Shown: piece by piece, positions 35,955-45,389 of the stretch
How the letters are laid out: the number at the start of each line of letters is the position of its first letter
Position numbering within the stretch: the stretch's first letter is position 1
Assembly: GCA_965248445.1 (NCBI GenBank)
Contig: CBDFJG010000002.1
Span: 32,001-96,000 of the forward strand
Direction: 5' to 3'
DNA: 64,000 bases
Origin: Planctomycetota bacterium
GTDB lineage: Bacteria; Planctomycetota; JAJSAM01; JAJVHW01
Position numbers and translations under genes: made by a program
Notes under the pieces: model-generated
Told to the model about the DNA's origin: nothing
Seen by the model: the letters and a program-made list of their open reading frames with translations, nothing else
The model's database searches: none

Positions 35955-38774
35955 TCAGTCGGCTGGACGCAAGACGACCACCAGAAGCCCGTCATCACTG
36001 GCCGCGAACGGATCGTAGCGCGTGACCAGGACGATGACATCGCGAGGGGCGGCAACCACGTGGAGCGTCTCCGCGATACCTTCGACCTCGGGCGCCAGGA
36101 TCGGGACTTCCCCGAGCGGAGTGTCGCGTTCGTGGACACCGGAATCGCGCAACCGCACGCTCCGGACGTGAAGTTGAAGGGAGTGCCGGCCTCGCACGGT
36201 GCGGCCGAACGCGCGCATCGCGACTGCAAGTCCGGTCTCGACGACCAGCGACTCCGCGCGACCCCACGCCTCTGGGTCCCCGGGTCGGGAGTCGAGCTCG
36301 CTGCGATACGGATACCGCACGACGTGCCCGACGTGGTCCCGGCCGGTGGGCGGCGCGGCCAGCCGGTTCTGGACCAGCGGAATCCGCCGACCACGCGACG
36401 CCAGCAGCCGGTCGATCGCTCCCTGTCGCGACCGATCGGAGACGACCGTGTGCGCGACCACACCCGTCCCGCTCCTTCCCAGCGTGGGAACGAGGCGCAC
36501 GAGCTGCGCCGCGTCGGTCGCGTTGAGCGAGTGCACGGCGACTCCGAGCGTCTGCAACCCGCGCGTTGCCGCGATGCGCTTCAGGAAGGTCTCCACGAGG
36601 GAGTGCGCTTCGTCCGGCCCGACCACGCGCACACGATCGCCTCGCAATTCGACGGACGCGGCATTCACGGCCACTTCACGCAGCAGTGCCAGAAGCGCCG
36701 TCTCGCGCGCCGGGAACGGATCGCCCGCCGCCAGCAGCAGCGGCTCGCCCAGCTCGTCGAGGGATGCGACCGCGTGCGGAATGCGGTGCTCGGCGAATCG
36801 CATCCCGGCCGGCGCCTCGGGAGGAGTCTCTCCCCCCAGTTCAGGCGTCGGCAGCGGCGCCAGCCCCTCCGCGCGTCCGACGCGCACGAGGGCCGTGAAC
36901 GACTCACTGGCATCGGCGGGATCCAGTAGGCCCGTGACGAGCAGCGCTCCGCCGCGGGCAAGCGTTGCGCCGGCCGACACGGACGCGCGCAGCGGAGACG
37001 TGGTGGACAGCGCGCGGGGATTCCATTCGGTCGTGAGCGCGACCGCGGCGCCGGGCGGGTCCGATGCGACGGCCAGGACGTCGAGTGCCAGCACACGGCT
37101 GCCTTCGCGTGTCGTGAGCCGGAACGGTCGGAGGTGCGTCGCGCGGAACGTCGCACGTCCAAGAGTCTCTCCCGGCAGGTCGCCGTCCTCGCCCAGCAGG
37201 TCGGCCACGTCCGTCGCGGGAATGACGGCGCCTTCGCCCCCACCGGCGATCGCGAACGTCTCGATCCCGTCGGCACGAAGACGATCGAGCAGCTCCGACG
37301 GCGGTTCCCGCAGGACCGCGATCTCGACCTCCGCGGACCGCAGACCGGCGACGGCGGCGCGGGTCAGACGGCTCCCGAGCCGCGTGTGCGTCGCAGCAGG
37401 AGCAACGACCACGAGTGTCCGACCAACCAGGTCGGCAGCGGCTTCCTCGGAGGACAGCGCGGCGCGCTCGTCTCCGATCAGCCATTCCGCCACGAGCGGT
37501 GCCGGCTTCATGCCGCTTGCGCGCACGGTCCACCCGCGCGTCGGCGCCGAAAGCGGAACCGGCGGCAGTGCCGGCCGCGCGGACGGCATCGCAGGCGCGA
37601 GGTCGTGGAATCGGAGACCGAGCCCGCCGGCGACCTCCGTTCCGGCCTCCTCGAGGATCGCGAGCAGCGCCTGGCTCCAGCGCGCAGTGAGCGCGGAGGG
37701 TGGAGGTGGTGCTTGCGGTGCACGGGGCACACCCGCGGCGCCCGTGCGTCGCAGTCCGCGCAGGATCTCGTCTCGCAGACTCGCCGGTGCGCGCCGCGAC
37801 GCCTCCTCGGTGTCCACGAGGGCGAGCGCGCGCTCGAGAAGCGGCGCGGCGGTGGTCGGGTCCGAGTCATCGAGCGCCCGGCGAGCGCGCGAGACCAGCG
37901 TTTCGGCCTCGGCCGTCACGCGGGCGGCGCGCACCTCTTGCGCCAGCGCGAGGATCTCGCGGACGCGCAGATACAACTGCTCACGGTCGCCGAAAGGCGC
38001 CGCGACGCGACCGAGCAGGAGCTTCGCCTCTGCGTTCTCGGGATCGGCCTCGAGCGCGCGGTAGAGCGCGGAGCGCGCTTCGGCGAAGCGCCCCTCCCGG
38101 TGGAGCAGGCGGGCGAGGTTCGAGTTGATGAGCGAGTCGCGCTGTTCCTTGCGGCGCTGCTCGGCGACTTCTCTGCGCCGCAGCGCGAGGTACTCCTCCG
38201 GGCGCAAGTCGCCGGGCGGAAGCTCCGACTTCAACCGCTTGATCTCCTCGTCCTTCCCGCGCAACTCGATCGCGAGGTCGTCGAGGTCTTCGCGCGCGCC
38301 CTTCTCCGCCTTGATCGCCTGCTCGAGTCGAAGCCTCAGTTGTTCGGCCTCGTGTTCGAGTTCCCTCAGCGTCTCGGGATCCGCCGTTGGGACCGGGGAC
38401 TGCGCTCCCTCCGTCTCCACGGGCGGATGCGCGACGTCGAGATCCCGCACGACCGCCTTTGCCAGAAGTACGACCTCGTCCGGCACCGCGTCCGCGTCGG
38501 CCGGCGTCAACCAAGGCCGCGCGAGCAAGAGCGCCTTGCCGGTGTCGCCGGACCGTGCCAGGCAGCCCGCCGCTCGGATCTCCGCCCGCGCGCGGTCTGC
38601 TACACCCCCCGCCGCTGCGGCCGCCTGCTGGTAGAGCTCCGCGGCCGCGACGAGGTCGCCGAGCGAGCGCTCCGCGATCTCGGCCCGTCGCAACAGAACG
38701 CCGTGGTCGTCGGCCGCGACGGCACCCGGGGAGGCGCAGAACAGCACAGCCAGCAGAACGAGGGTTCGGCGCAT
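35955..38774 (-). CDS. Large exported protein: TPR/coiled-coil N-half, divergent secretin-like C-half
   Basis: Signal peptide; TPR-like 'ALEADPENAEA'; N3-like and beta-rich segments. The secretin call is by pattern only. Confidence 0.55.
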   Translation of the reverse strand: MRRTLVLLAVLFCASPGAVAADDHGVLLRRAEIAERSLGDLVAAAELYQQAAAAAGGVADRARAEIRAAGCLARSGDTGKALLLARPWLTPADADAVPDEVVLLAKAVVRDLDVAHPPVETEGAQSPVPTADPETLRELEHEAEQLRLRLEQAIKAEKGAREDLDDLAIELRGKDEEIKRLKSELPPGDLRPEEYLALRRREVAEQRRKEQRDSLINSNLARLLHREGRFAEARSALYRALEADPENAEAKLLLGRVAAPFGDREQLYLRVREILALAQEVRAARVTAEAETLVSRARRALDDSDPTTAAPLLERALALVDTEEASRRAPASLRDEILRGLRRTGAAGVPRAPQAPPPPSALTARWSQALLAILEEAGTEVAGGLGLRFHDLAPAMPSARPALPPVPLSAPTRGWTVRASGMKPAPLVAEWLIGDERAALSSEEAAADLVGRTLVVVAPAATHTRLGSRLTRAAVAGLRSAEVEIAVLREPPSELLDRLRADGIETFAIAGGGEGAVIPATDVADLLGEDGDLPGETLGRATFRATHLRPFRLTTREGSRVLALDVLAVASDPPGAAVALTTEWNPRALSTTSPLRASVSAGATLARGGALLVTGLLDPADASESFTALVRVGRAEGLAPLPTPELGGETPPEAPAGMRFAEHRIPHAVASLDELGEPLLLAAGDPFPARETALLALLREVAVNAASVELRGDRVRVVGPDEAHSLVETFLKRIAATRGLQTLGVAVHSLNATDAAQLVRLVPTLGRSGTGVVAHTVVSDRSRQGAIDRLLASRGRRIPLVQNRLAAPPTGRDHVGHVVRYPYRSELDSRPGDPEAWGRAESLVVETGLAVAMRAFGRTVRGRHSLQLHVRSVRLRDSGVHERDTPLGEVPILAPEVEGIAETLHVVAAPRDVIVLVTRYDPFAASDDGLLVVVLRPAD

Positions 38775-38927
38775 GCCGAGAGGTTGCCACACCGAGCGGC
38801 AGCGGTCACCCGGGGTTTCGCCCCGGGTTTCACGCCTCGGGCCCCGGCCCGCCGTGTTTCTCGCCCCCGGGCCCCCGCCCGCCCTCAGGGGAAGGACGCG
38901 GCGAGGCGCCAACCGGTTACATCCGCC

Positions 38928-39536
38928 TCACCGATCCAGGAGCGCGAGAATCCGCTGGCGCACGGCCGGCCACTCGCGGTCGATGACCGAGTAGTACGCG
39001 CTGTCGCGCACGTGGCCGTCCCAGACGAGCATGTGCCGGCGCAGAACCCCCTCACGCACAGCGCCGATGCGCTCCATGGCCCGCTGCGACCGGACGTTGC
39101 GGCCGTCCGTCTTGAGCTGCACGCGCACGGCACCCAGGACGTCGAATGCGTGGCGCAGGAGCAGATACTTGCACTCGGTGTTCAGCGCGGTGCGCTGGTG
39201 CCGCGGGGTGATCCAGGTCCAGCCGATCTCGAGCGAGCAGTTGGCGGGCTGGATGTCGATATAGCGGGTGGAACCCACCGCGGCGCCGGTGGCCCTGCTC
39301 ACGATCGCGAACGGCAGCGCGTACCCGCGATCCTGATCGGCCAGCGCGGAGCGAATCCACGCCTCCGCGTCAGCCGGCTCCTGCGGGCGCGGCGCCGGCA
39401 TGTAGTCCCAGATCGAGTCGTGCGACGCGGCCGCGAACAGCTGTTCCGCGTGCGCGAGCGTGAGCGGCTCCAGCCGCGCGTGCTCGCCCTCGAGCACGAC
39501 AGGAGCGGCGGTCAGCTCTCCTCTTCTCGCTTCCAA
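38928..39536 (-). CDS. GNAT (RimJ/RimL-like) N-acetyltransferase
   Basis: 'LEIGWTW', 'NTECKYLLL.HAF', 'RVQLKTD.RN.RSQ.A.ERIGA..EG.LR'. Start approximate. Confidence 0.9.
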   Translation of the reverse strand: MEARRGELTAAPVVLEGEHARLEPLTLAHAEQLFAAASHDSIWDYMPAPRPQEPADAEAWIRSALADQDRGYALPFAIVSRATGAAVGSTRYIDIQPANCSLEIGWTWITPRHQRTALNTECKYLLLRHAFDVLGAVRVQLKTDGRNVRSQRAMERIGAVREGVLRRHMLVWDGHVRDSAYYSVIDREWPAVRQRILALLDR

Positions 39537-40018
39537 TCCACACCCATCCAGCAGTTCGCGGTGTTGATCTCGTCGTTCCCCGCGGCCTTGCAGTAGAGGA
39601 ACAGTTGCATGCGATATGCACACATCCAGAGCAGCGAGAGGTCCAACAGAGCCTGGCCCAGCGTGACCGTGTTGCCCCACGGCAGCGTCGCCTCCTTGTT
39701 CGCGAAATCGTCATCGCTGATCTCTGCGAATGCCGCCTTCAGCTCGCTCTGCTGCCGCTCCATGGCCGCGGGAAACTCGTCCGGCCCCATCTCCGACGCA
39801 CGCGCCTCGAGCGCCTTGTACTCGTCCCACGTGCCCGTGACCATCGTGCGCGTCGCGGCGACGCCGCAGAATGATAGGTAGCGAAGCAACTCCAGCGTGT
39901 TGCGCTGACCTGGGGTCGGCCGGTACTCCAGCCCCCCCTCGGGGATCTTCGTGAACAGGTGAGCGCACACCTTGCACTCCCTCAGGATCGAGTCGAGCAG
40001 GTCGTTCTTGTCGAGCAT
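39512..40018 (-). CDS. DinB-like protein
   Basis: 'LEYRPTPGQRNTLELL', 'YRMQLFLYCKAAG'. Confidence 0.7.
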   Translation of the reverse strand: MLDKNDLLDSILRECKVCAHLFTKIPEGGLEYRPTPGQRNTLELLRYLSFCGVAATRTMVTGTWDEYKALEARASEMGPDEFPAAMERQQSELKAAFAEISDDDFANKEATLPWGNTVTLGQALLDLSLLWMCAYRMQLFLYCKAAGNDEINTANCWMGVDWKREEES

Positions 40019-40042
40019 GGGGTCCCCTCTGCCGTTCGGTTC

Positions 40043-40204
40043 TCAGTGGTTGTTCAGCATCATCGCGCACGGATACCCGATCATGACGCCGAGCAGTAGG
40101 CCGACGCCGCCGATGATCGCGAAGAACACGAGCGGCCGGCGGTTCTTGCCACGCTCGCTTCTGCTGCTGGGCGATTCCGGGCTGCTGGGCGGTTCCGACG
40201 TCAT
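40043..40204 (-). CDS. Small single-TM hypothetical protein
   Basis: 53 aa with hydrophobic 'LVFFAIIGGVGLLLGVMIG'. Confidence 0.45.
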   Translation of the reverse strand: MTSEPPSSPESPSSRSERGKNRRPLVFFAIIGGVGLLLGVMIGYPCAMMLNNH

Positions 40205-40235
40205 CTCACGCGCACGGTAAGCGCGCGATGACGGA

Positions 40236-40577
40236 CTACGCGAGGCTCTTCCAGACCCTGCGGAAGACGACGATGCAGCCAAGGCCGAGGAGCCCGCCGG
40301 CGACGTACGGCAGCCACGGGCTGTCGAGGGGGCCGCCACGCTGCGGCAGATCAGCGAGCTTCGTGGTGCCGGGCTTGCTGGGATGCGTGATGTACGCGTC
40401 GCGGATCGCGCCCTGCACACCGCCGTGCACCTGACCGCTCGCGCGGTTCATGCCCTCCATCTGGCGAGCGCGTACGGCTTCGGCCTCCTGCACCATGCGC
40501 ACAGCAGGATCCGTGTCCTGCGCGAACGCGGGGCTCGCGAGGGCCAGACTCAGGCAAAGGAGAAGCGTGCGTCGCAC
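40236..40577 (-). CDS. Small exported protein with C-terminal TM anchor
   Basis: Signal peptide 'RRTLLLCLSLALASPAFA'; C-terminal TM plus basic tail. Confidence 0.6.
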   Translation of the reverse strand: MRRTLLLCLSLALASPAFAQDTDPAVRMVQEAEAVRARQMEGMNRASGQVHGGVQGAIRDAYITHPSKPGTTKLADLPQRGGPLDSPWLPYVAGGLLGLGCIVVFRRVWKSLA

Positions 40578-40643
40578 GCTACCGGGATCGGGATTCCCGC
40601 CGGACTACCTGAGTGCGCGCCGCAGGCGCTCCCTGGACCGGAC

Positions 40644-43600
40644 TCAGCGCGGCTCACCGGCCAGCAGCCTCGCCAAGAAGCGTGCGTGGCGGATTCGCGC
40701 GACGCTGACGGCGCTGCGAACGACGTTCGTCTCGTCGAGCATCACCCACGCCACGTCGGTCGGCCCGGCGCCCGGCCGCTTCGCGTGCTCCGCAAGCACA
40801 GCGGACAGTCCTGCATGGCCGTGATGCATCTCGACCGAATCCGGCACGAACTCGCCGGTCCTCAGCTCGGCCTCGAGGGTCTCCGACGCCAGGTCGCTGG
40901 CCGGTACGGCCAGTCGAGTCACGTGGCTGGTCGCCAGTCCCGTGAACTGGGCGCTGAACCATCGAAGCGTGTACATCAACGACGCCGCGTCCCACGAGTC
41001 CTCCCCCGCATCCGCCGGGAGCCACAGCAGCAGCGTCCCGCCAGGGTGCGCAGGGAGCCCTTCGACCCGCCGTCCGATGATCGTGCGCCACGGGAACGTG
41101 TTCGGCTGCGCAAGACGCAGCGGCGCGTCCAGTGACCAGCCCATCGCTTCGCGGTCTGGCCCTATCGTGCGCTCGCGGCGCACTCGCGGCTGTTCGAATC
41201 GCACGACGCCCCGAGACAGCGCGAAGCCGACGTAGCCTTCGATCGGCGCGCCGGACCGCCGCCGGTGGGACACGCGCTCCTCTCCGTCGAGGAGCACGAC
41301 CACGTACGGCCCCGCGACGCGGATCTCGATGTCGAGGAACGCGCGGGGCTGCTCGAAGGTCACGAAGCGCACCATCGGCGACACGTAGCGGTCCAGGGGA
41401 CGGTGATCTGTCACATGGATGCCTGCGGACTGGAGAGGCGGGACAGCGTCCTTCTTGCCGGTCGAGTAGTCCCAGTCGCCCGCTCGGAAGCGCACCGAGA
41501 ACCCACGGTCTCTGGAAGTCTTGCCGAAGACGATTCTGCCATCGGCGAACGACGACAGGAAGCGGATGCGCGTGCGCAGCGTGTACGCGTCGTCGAGCCA
41601 CTCGGACGACCGCACGAACATGCGGCGCATCCCCGCATCGCGAATGAGACCGCCCGTGGTGTCGTCGGTCTTCGCCTGCCCGAGGACGATGTTCCCGGCG
41701 CCGTCGATGTGCCAGGGGATGCCTGGCTTCGAGTCGATCGGCGCCCAGCGCTCCTCGACCATCTCGCCTGCTACCACGCTCCGCTCCGCGGGACGCCACG
41801 GGGCGGCGGGGGGGCCGGCGGCCTCGGGCACCGGCACCGGCTTGTCCTTCGCCCCTGCGGCGGGCAGTCCGCGATGGGCAGCGATGCCGCAGATCGCGGC
41901 GATGCGATCGTGATCTGCACGCAGCGCTGAAGCGAGCCGGAGGCGCTTCTTGTCGTGCGCGGCGTCGCTCCACTTCGCCAGATGCGTCAGGTACGCGGCC
42001 ACGGCCCGATGCGCCGCGGCCAGCGTGCCCCCGGCTCCGCCCTCCGGCGCCGGATGCTCGTGAGGAGCGAGCCGGTGGAGCAACGCGCGGTACACCCATG
42101 CAGACGGGCCCTTGTGCGTGTCGTGCAGGTCCACCGCCTCTTGCAGTTCGGACGGATCGACATCATCCACGGCAACCGCCCAGTCGATGGCGGCCAGCGC
42201 TGCTCTCGGCCGGCCCGCCGCCGCGAGAACCCGCGCGGCCCGTCGGGCATGATCGAGTCCTCGCGCCGGCGGGTCGTGGCGATCGCGATCTCCCGGTCTC
42301 GGCGCGGTGTCCGTCGTCCACAGATCGCGTGGCGCCAGTTGCGTCCGCGAGGCGCGATCCTCGACGCGCAACTCCGCCACGCGGCGCTGCCACGCCTGCT
42401 TCCACGCGGCCCCCGGCTCGGCGCCCGAACCGCCCTCGCGGATGAACTGGCGGAACAGTTCGCGGAACCCCTCGAGCGTGTTCGGCCTCCCGGTCTTGCC
42501 ATCCACGAAGTGCTTCTCGAACCACGCGCGGGAGTCGGGCGCACTGCGTTTCGCGAAGCCGTCGAGATACGCAGAAACGCGATCCGCGAAGACGAACGCT
42601 CCTTCCTGGTTGCCATCGAACCCACGGAACCGAGTCAGGAACAACCAGAGCGAATAGCCGGAGTGGTAGTTGTCGCGGTAGTCCTTCGGCTTGCCGCCGA
42701 GCAGCGCGAGGAGGTTGTCCTCGTCGTGGTATCTCGCGTCGTGGGTCTCCCAGAGCTTCATCCAGTCTGCCGCCTCGACGACGACGCGACCGAGTCCGCG
42801 ACCCCAGCCGCCGGTCTCCACGAACACCGCACGTCCTTCGGCGAGCCACGCGGGCAGTCCGCCGAACGCGGCGTGGTCGAAGCGGTGCGTCAACTCGTGG
42901 ATCAGCGTGCCGTCGAGTGCGTCCCCGGAGCGGAACCGCGCCAGGACCGTCGTGCGATCACCGCTCTGGAACCCGCCGGCCCACCAGAACGGCGCGCCCT
43001 CGCCCTCGAGCTCCGCGTGGTCGAGGACGACACGGATCAGGCCCGGCCTTCCGTCGAACGGATCGGATCCGAACCACCCCGCGATGCGCGCGTGGAGGTC
43101 CTCGACGACCGACGTCACGTGCCGCAGCGTGTTCCAGCCGGCAGTGGTCTCGATCCGATACAGGCCGCCCGGAGAGACGGCGATGCCGGGGTGCTCCCAG
43201 GAGCGGTGCGCCGCGTTCCATCCTGCGACCTGGTCACCGGCGATCGCCTCCAGTTCCTCGAGCGTGTGCACGCGCGGCTCCGTGCCCGTCGCGGGCTCCT
43301 CACCCTCCGCCGGGGGATCCCTTTCCCGGGGCGGGGCGGCGGCGAGATGCTCCCGCGCGCGCTCGATCGTGTCGGCCGCTGCCCTCGCACTCTTGGACGG
43401 CGGAGCCGCCGCGGCCTCCTCTTCGTGACCCTGGCGGTCGATCCCGCGCAACAAGAGCCCCGCACGCAGCGCGAGCGGCCAGTCTCCATCCGCGGCAGCG
43501 CGTCTCATCACGCCCTCGAGCGCCGTGAGGACTGTCTTCTCGTCGGGACCGGCGTGCGCGCCGTCCACCGCAGCGTCGTGCCCCGCGACCAGGGTCGGAC

Positions 43601-44078
43601 AGTCGCTCCCGAGCACGCGCGACCACGACGTGAGCAGGCGTCGCGTCGGCACGTCTTGGGACTTCTTGAGGCGCGGGAACGTCTTGCGCACCACCTGCAC
43701 GGCCTTGGCGCGCAGGCGGACCGCCTGCGCCGCGGCCTCCGTCTCCGGCCCGTCGAGGGGAAGCCCGCGGGCGGGCTTCCAGCGGCCGTTCTCGTCCACC
43801 GCCGCACGCGCGAGCGCGAGCGTCCAGACCGCGCGCGCATCGGCGTCTTCGGCGTCCAGAGTCAGCAACTCGCCGAGCGCCTCGGCGGATGCGGGCGCGA
43901 GGGCCAACGCCTCCTCGAACAGGCGGCGCGCGCCATCCGTGTCGCCCGCGGTCAGCGCGCTGCGGCCCGAGGCGAGCACGCGGTCGGACTCGGCGTCGAG
44001 CCCGCCGGCGCGGGTCGCGGTCGCGCCACTGAGCAGGAGAGAGGCGGTGGCGACGACGAGGAAGAGCCGGCGCCCCAT
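40644..44078 (-). CDS. Large exported gluzincin-like metallopeptidase with TPR-like and beta-sandwich domains
   Basis: 'LIHELTH...PAWLAEGRA' (HExxH plus downstream E); signal peptide. Confidence 0.7.
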   Translation of the reverse strand: MGRRLFLVVATASLLLSGATATRAGGLDAESDRVLASGRSALTAGDTDGARRLFEEALALAPASAEALGELLTLDAEDADARAVWTLALARAAVDENGRWKPARGLPLDGPETEAAAQAVRLRAKAVQVVRKTFPRLKKSQDVPTRRLLTSWSRVLGSDCPTLVAGHDAAVDGAHAGPDEKTVLTALEGVMRRAAADGDWPLALRAGLLLRGIDRQGHEEEAAAAPPSKSARAAADTIERAREHLAAAPPRERDPPAEGEEPATGTEPRVHTLEELEAIAGDQVAGWNAAHRSWEHPGIAVSPGGLYRIETTAGWNTLRHVTSVVEDLHARIAGWFGSDPFDGRPGLIRVVLDHAELEGEGAPFWWAGGFQSGDRTTVLARFRSGDALDGTLIHELTHRFDHAAFGGLPAWLAEGRAVFVETGGWGRGLGRVVVEAADWMKLWETHDARYHDEDNLLALLGGKPKDYRDNYHSGYSLWLFLTRFRGFDGNQEGAFVFADRVSAYLDGFAKRSAPDSRAWFEKHFVDGKTGRPNTLEGFRELFRQFIREGGSGAEPGAAWKQAWQRRVAELRVEDRASRTQLAPRDLWTTDTAPRPGDRDRHDPPARGLDHARRAARVLAAAGRPRAALAAIDWAVAVDDVDPSELQEAVDLHDTHKGPSAWVYRALLHRLAPHEHPAPEGGAGGTLAAAHRAVAAYLTHLAKWSDAAHDKKRLRLASALRADHDRIAAICGIAAHRGLPAAGAKDKPVPVPEAAGPPAAPWRPAERSVVAGEMVEERWAPIDSKPGIPWHIDGAGNIVLGQAKTDDTTGGLIRDAGMRRMFVRSSEWLDDAYTLRTRIRFLSSFADGRIVFGKTSRDRGFSVRFRAGDWDYSTGKKDAVPPLQSAGIHVTDHRPLDRYVSPMVRFVTFEQPRAFLDIEIRVAGPYVVVLLDGEERVSHRRRSGAPIEGYVGFALSRGVVRFEQPRVRRERTIGPDREAMGWSLDAPLRLAQPNTFPWRTIIGRRVEGLPAHPGGTLLLWLPADAGEDSWDAASLMYTLRWFSAQFTGLATSHVTRLAVPASDLASETLEAELRTGEFVPDSVEMHHGHAGLSAVLAEHAKRPGAGPTDVAWVMLDETNVVRSAVSVARIRHARFLARLLAGEPR

Positions 44079-44221
44079 CGACGCCGGTTGCGCGCGTCCA
44101 CGTCGGCTGCCAACGTGGCGCGCCGCGTGATCCTCGTGCTCGCGCGACCTCACCGCGAGGCAGTGTACTTGTCCGGCGGGTCGTACCGGCGTAGGCCCGG
44201 TGCGGAACGAGTCGTGCGCCG

Positions 44222-44644
44222 TCAGGGCCCCTTGATCTCGCCTGCGGTGAGCACGAACAGACCGTCATGGCCCGGAGGGGTGCCGTCTTCGTGCGGCGTG
44301 CGGAACGTCGCCCAGATCGGAGTCCACTCGCGGCTCTTCTGCTCGCTCGCGAGCCCGTTCAGGAAGCGGGTGCGCTCGTCCGCGGTCCGGAGGCCCTCGA
44401 CATACAGGCTCGTATAGCTCTTGTGCGCCTGCGCCGCGACGTGGACGTCTGGAAGGACGAGCGCCGAGGCCGCCTTCTCTATCTCGTAGGCCGTGTCCTG
44501 ATCGCGCTGCGAGACCGTCATGCTCTTGCAGCCCCACCAGATCATCGCGACGAGCAGCGCGATGACGAGGGCAGCACCGATGACGATCCCGCCGCAGCCG
44601 AACAGGAGTCCCTTCGCGACCTCCCTGCCGGTCCTCCTCGACAC
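44222..44644 (-). CDS. Hypothetical membrane-anchored protein
   Basis: N-terminal TM; RBS-like GTAGGAG upstream. Confidence 0.55.
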   Translation of the reverse strand: MSRRTGREVAKGLLFGCGGIVIGAALVIALLVAMIWWGCKSMTVSQRDQDTAYEIEKAASALVLPDVHVAAQAHKSYTSLYVEGLRTADERTRFLNGLASEQKSREWTPIWATFRTPHEDGTPPGHDGLFVLTAGEIKGP

Positions 44645-44690
44645 CTAGTCTGCTCCTACCTGCACTGGAGACTGCTCGTGCCGCCTCGCA

Positions 44691-45389
44691 TCACTCTTCC
44701 ACGTCGAACAGGTAGCCGATGCCGCGGACGGTGCGGATGTACTTCGGCTTGTCGACGTCGTCGACCTTCTCGCGCAGCTTCTGGATGAAGTTGTCGATGG
44801 TGCGCGGCGTGCCGTAGTAGTCGTAGCCCCACACGCGGTTGAGAATCTGGTCGCGCGCCAGGACGCGGCCGCGGTTGCGGACCAGGAGGCGCAGGAGCTC
44901 GAACTCCTTCTTGCTCGTCTCGATCAGCTTGCCGTCGACGCGCACGGTGCGACCCGCGAAGTCCACCTCGGTCGGGCCGAACTTGAACGACTCGTCCTCG
45001 CCTTCGAGCGCGCGCTTCTTGCGGAGGAGGGCGCGCACACGCGCGAGCACCTCCTTCACGCTGAAGGGCTTCGTCACGTAGTCGTCCGCGCCGACGTCGA
45101 GTCCGAGCACCTTGTCCGTCTCGAGCCCCTTCGCACTGAGGATCAAGATCGCGACCGCCGGGTCGTGCTTGCGCACAGAGCGGCAGATCTCGAAACCGTT
45201 GACGCCGGGCAGCATCAGATCGAGCACGATCAGGTCGGGCCGCTCCTCGAACGCCATCTCGAGTCCGCGGTCGCCGTCGTCGGTCGCAACGACGGTGTAG
45301 CCCTCGTAGGAGAGGTTTTTCTCGAGACCCATCCGGATGCTCGCGTCGTCCTCGACGATCAGGATCTTCGCGTTCGTGTCGTCGCTCAT
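44691..45389 (-). CDS. OmpR-family response regulator
   Basis: 'ILIVEDD', 'LDLMLP', 'GADDYVTKPF', wHTH 'RTIDNFIQKLR...IRTVRGIGY'. Confidence 0.95.
   Translation of the reverse strand: MSDDTNAKILIVEDDASIRMGLEKNLSYEGYTVVATDDGDRGLEMAFEERPDLIVLDLMLPGVNGFEICRSVRKHDPAVAILILSAKGLETDKVLGLDVGADDYVTKPFSVKEVLARVRALLRKKRALEGEDESFKFGPTEVDFAGRTVRVDGKLIETSKKEFELLRLLVRNRGRVLARDQILNRVWGYDYYGTPRTIDNFIQKLREKVDDVDKPKYIRTVRGIGYLFDVEE

Noticed and set aside
38809..38828. CCCGGGG-tttcg-CCCCGGG hairpin as an intrinsic terminator
   Set aside because: No U-tract on the transcribed (minus) strand, and short GC hairpins are common at this composition.
37134..39596. Long antisense or alternate-frame ORFs (e.g. 820 aa here and at 41955-44417; also 3312-4925 and 5797-7623)
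   Set aside because: Shadow ORFs typical of high-GC DNA; they overlap well-supported genes and have no motifs.
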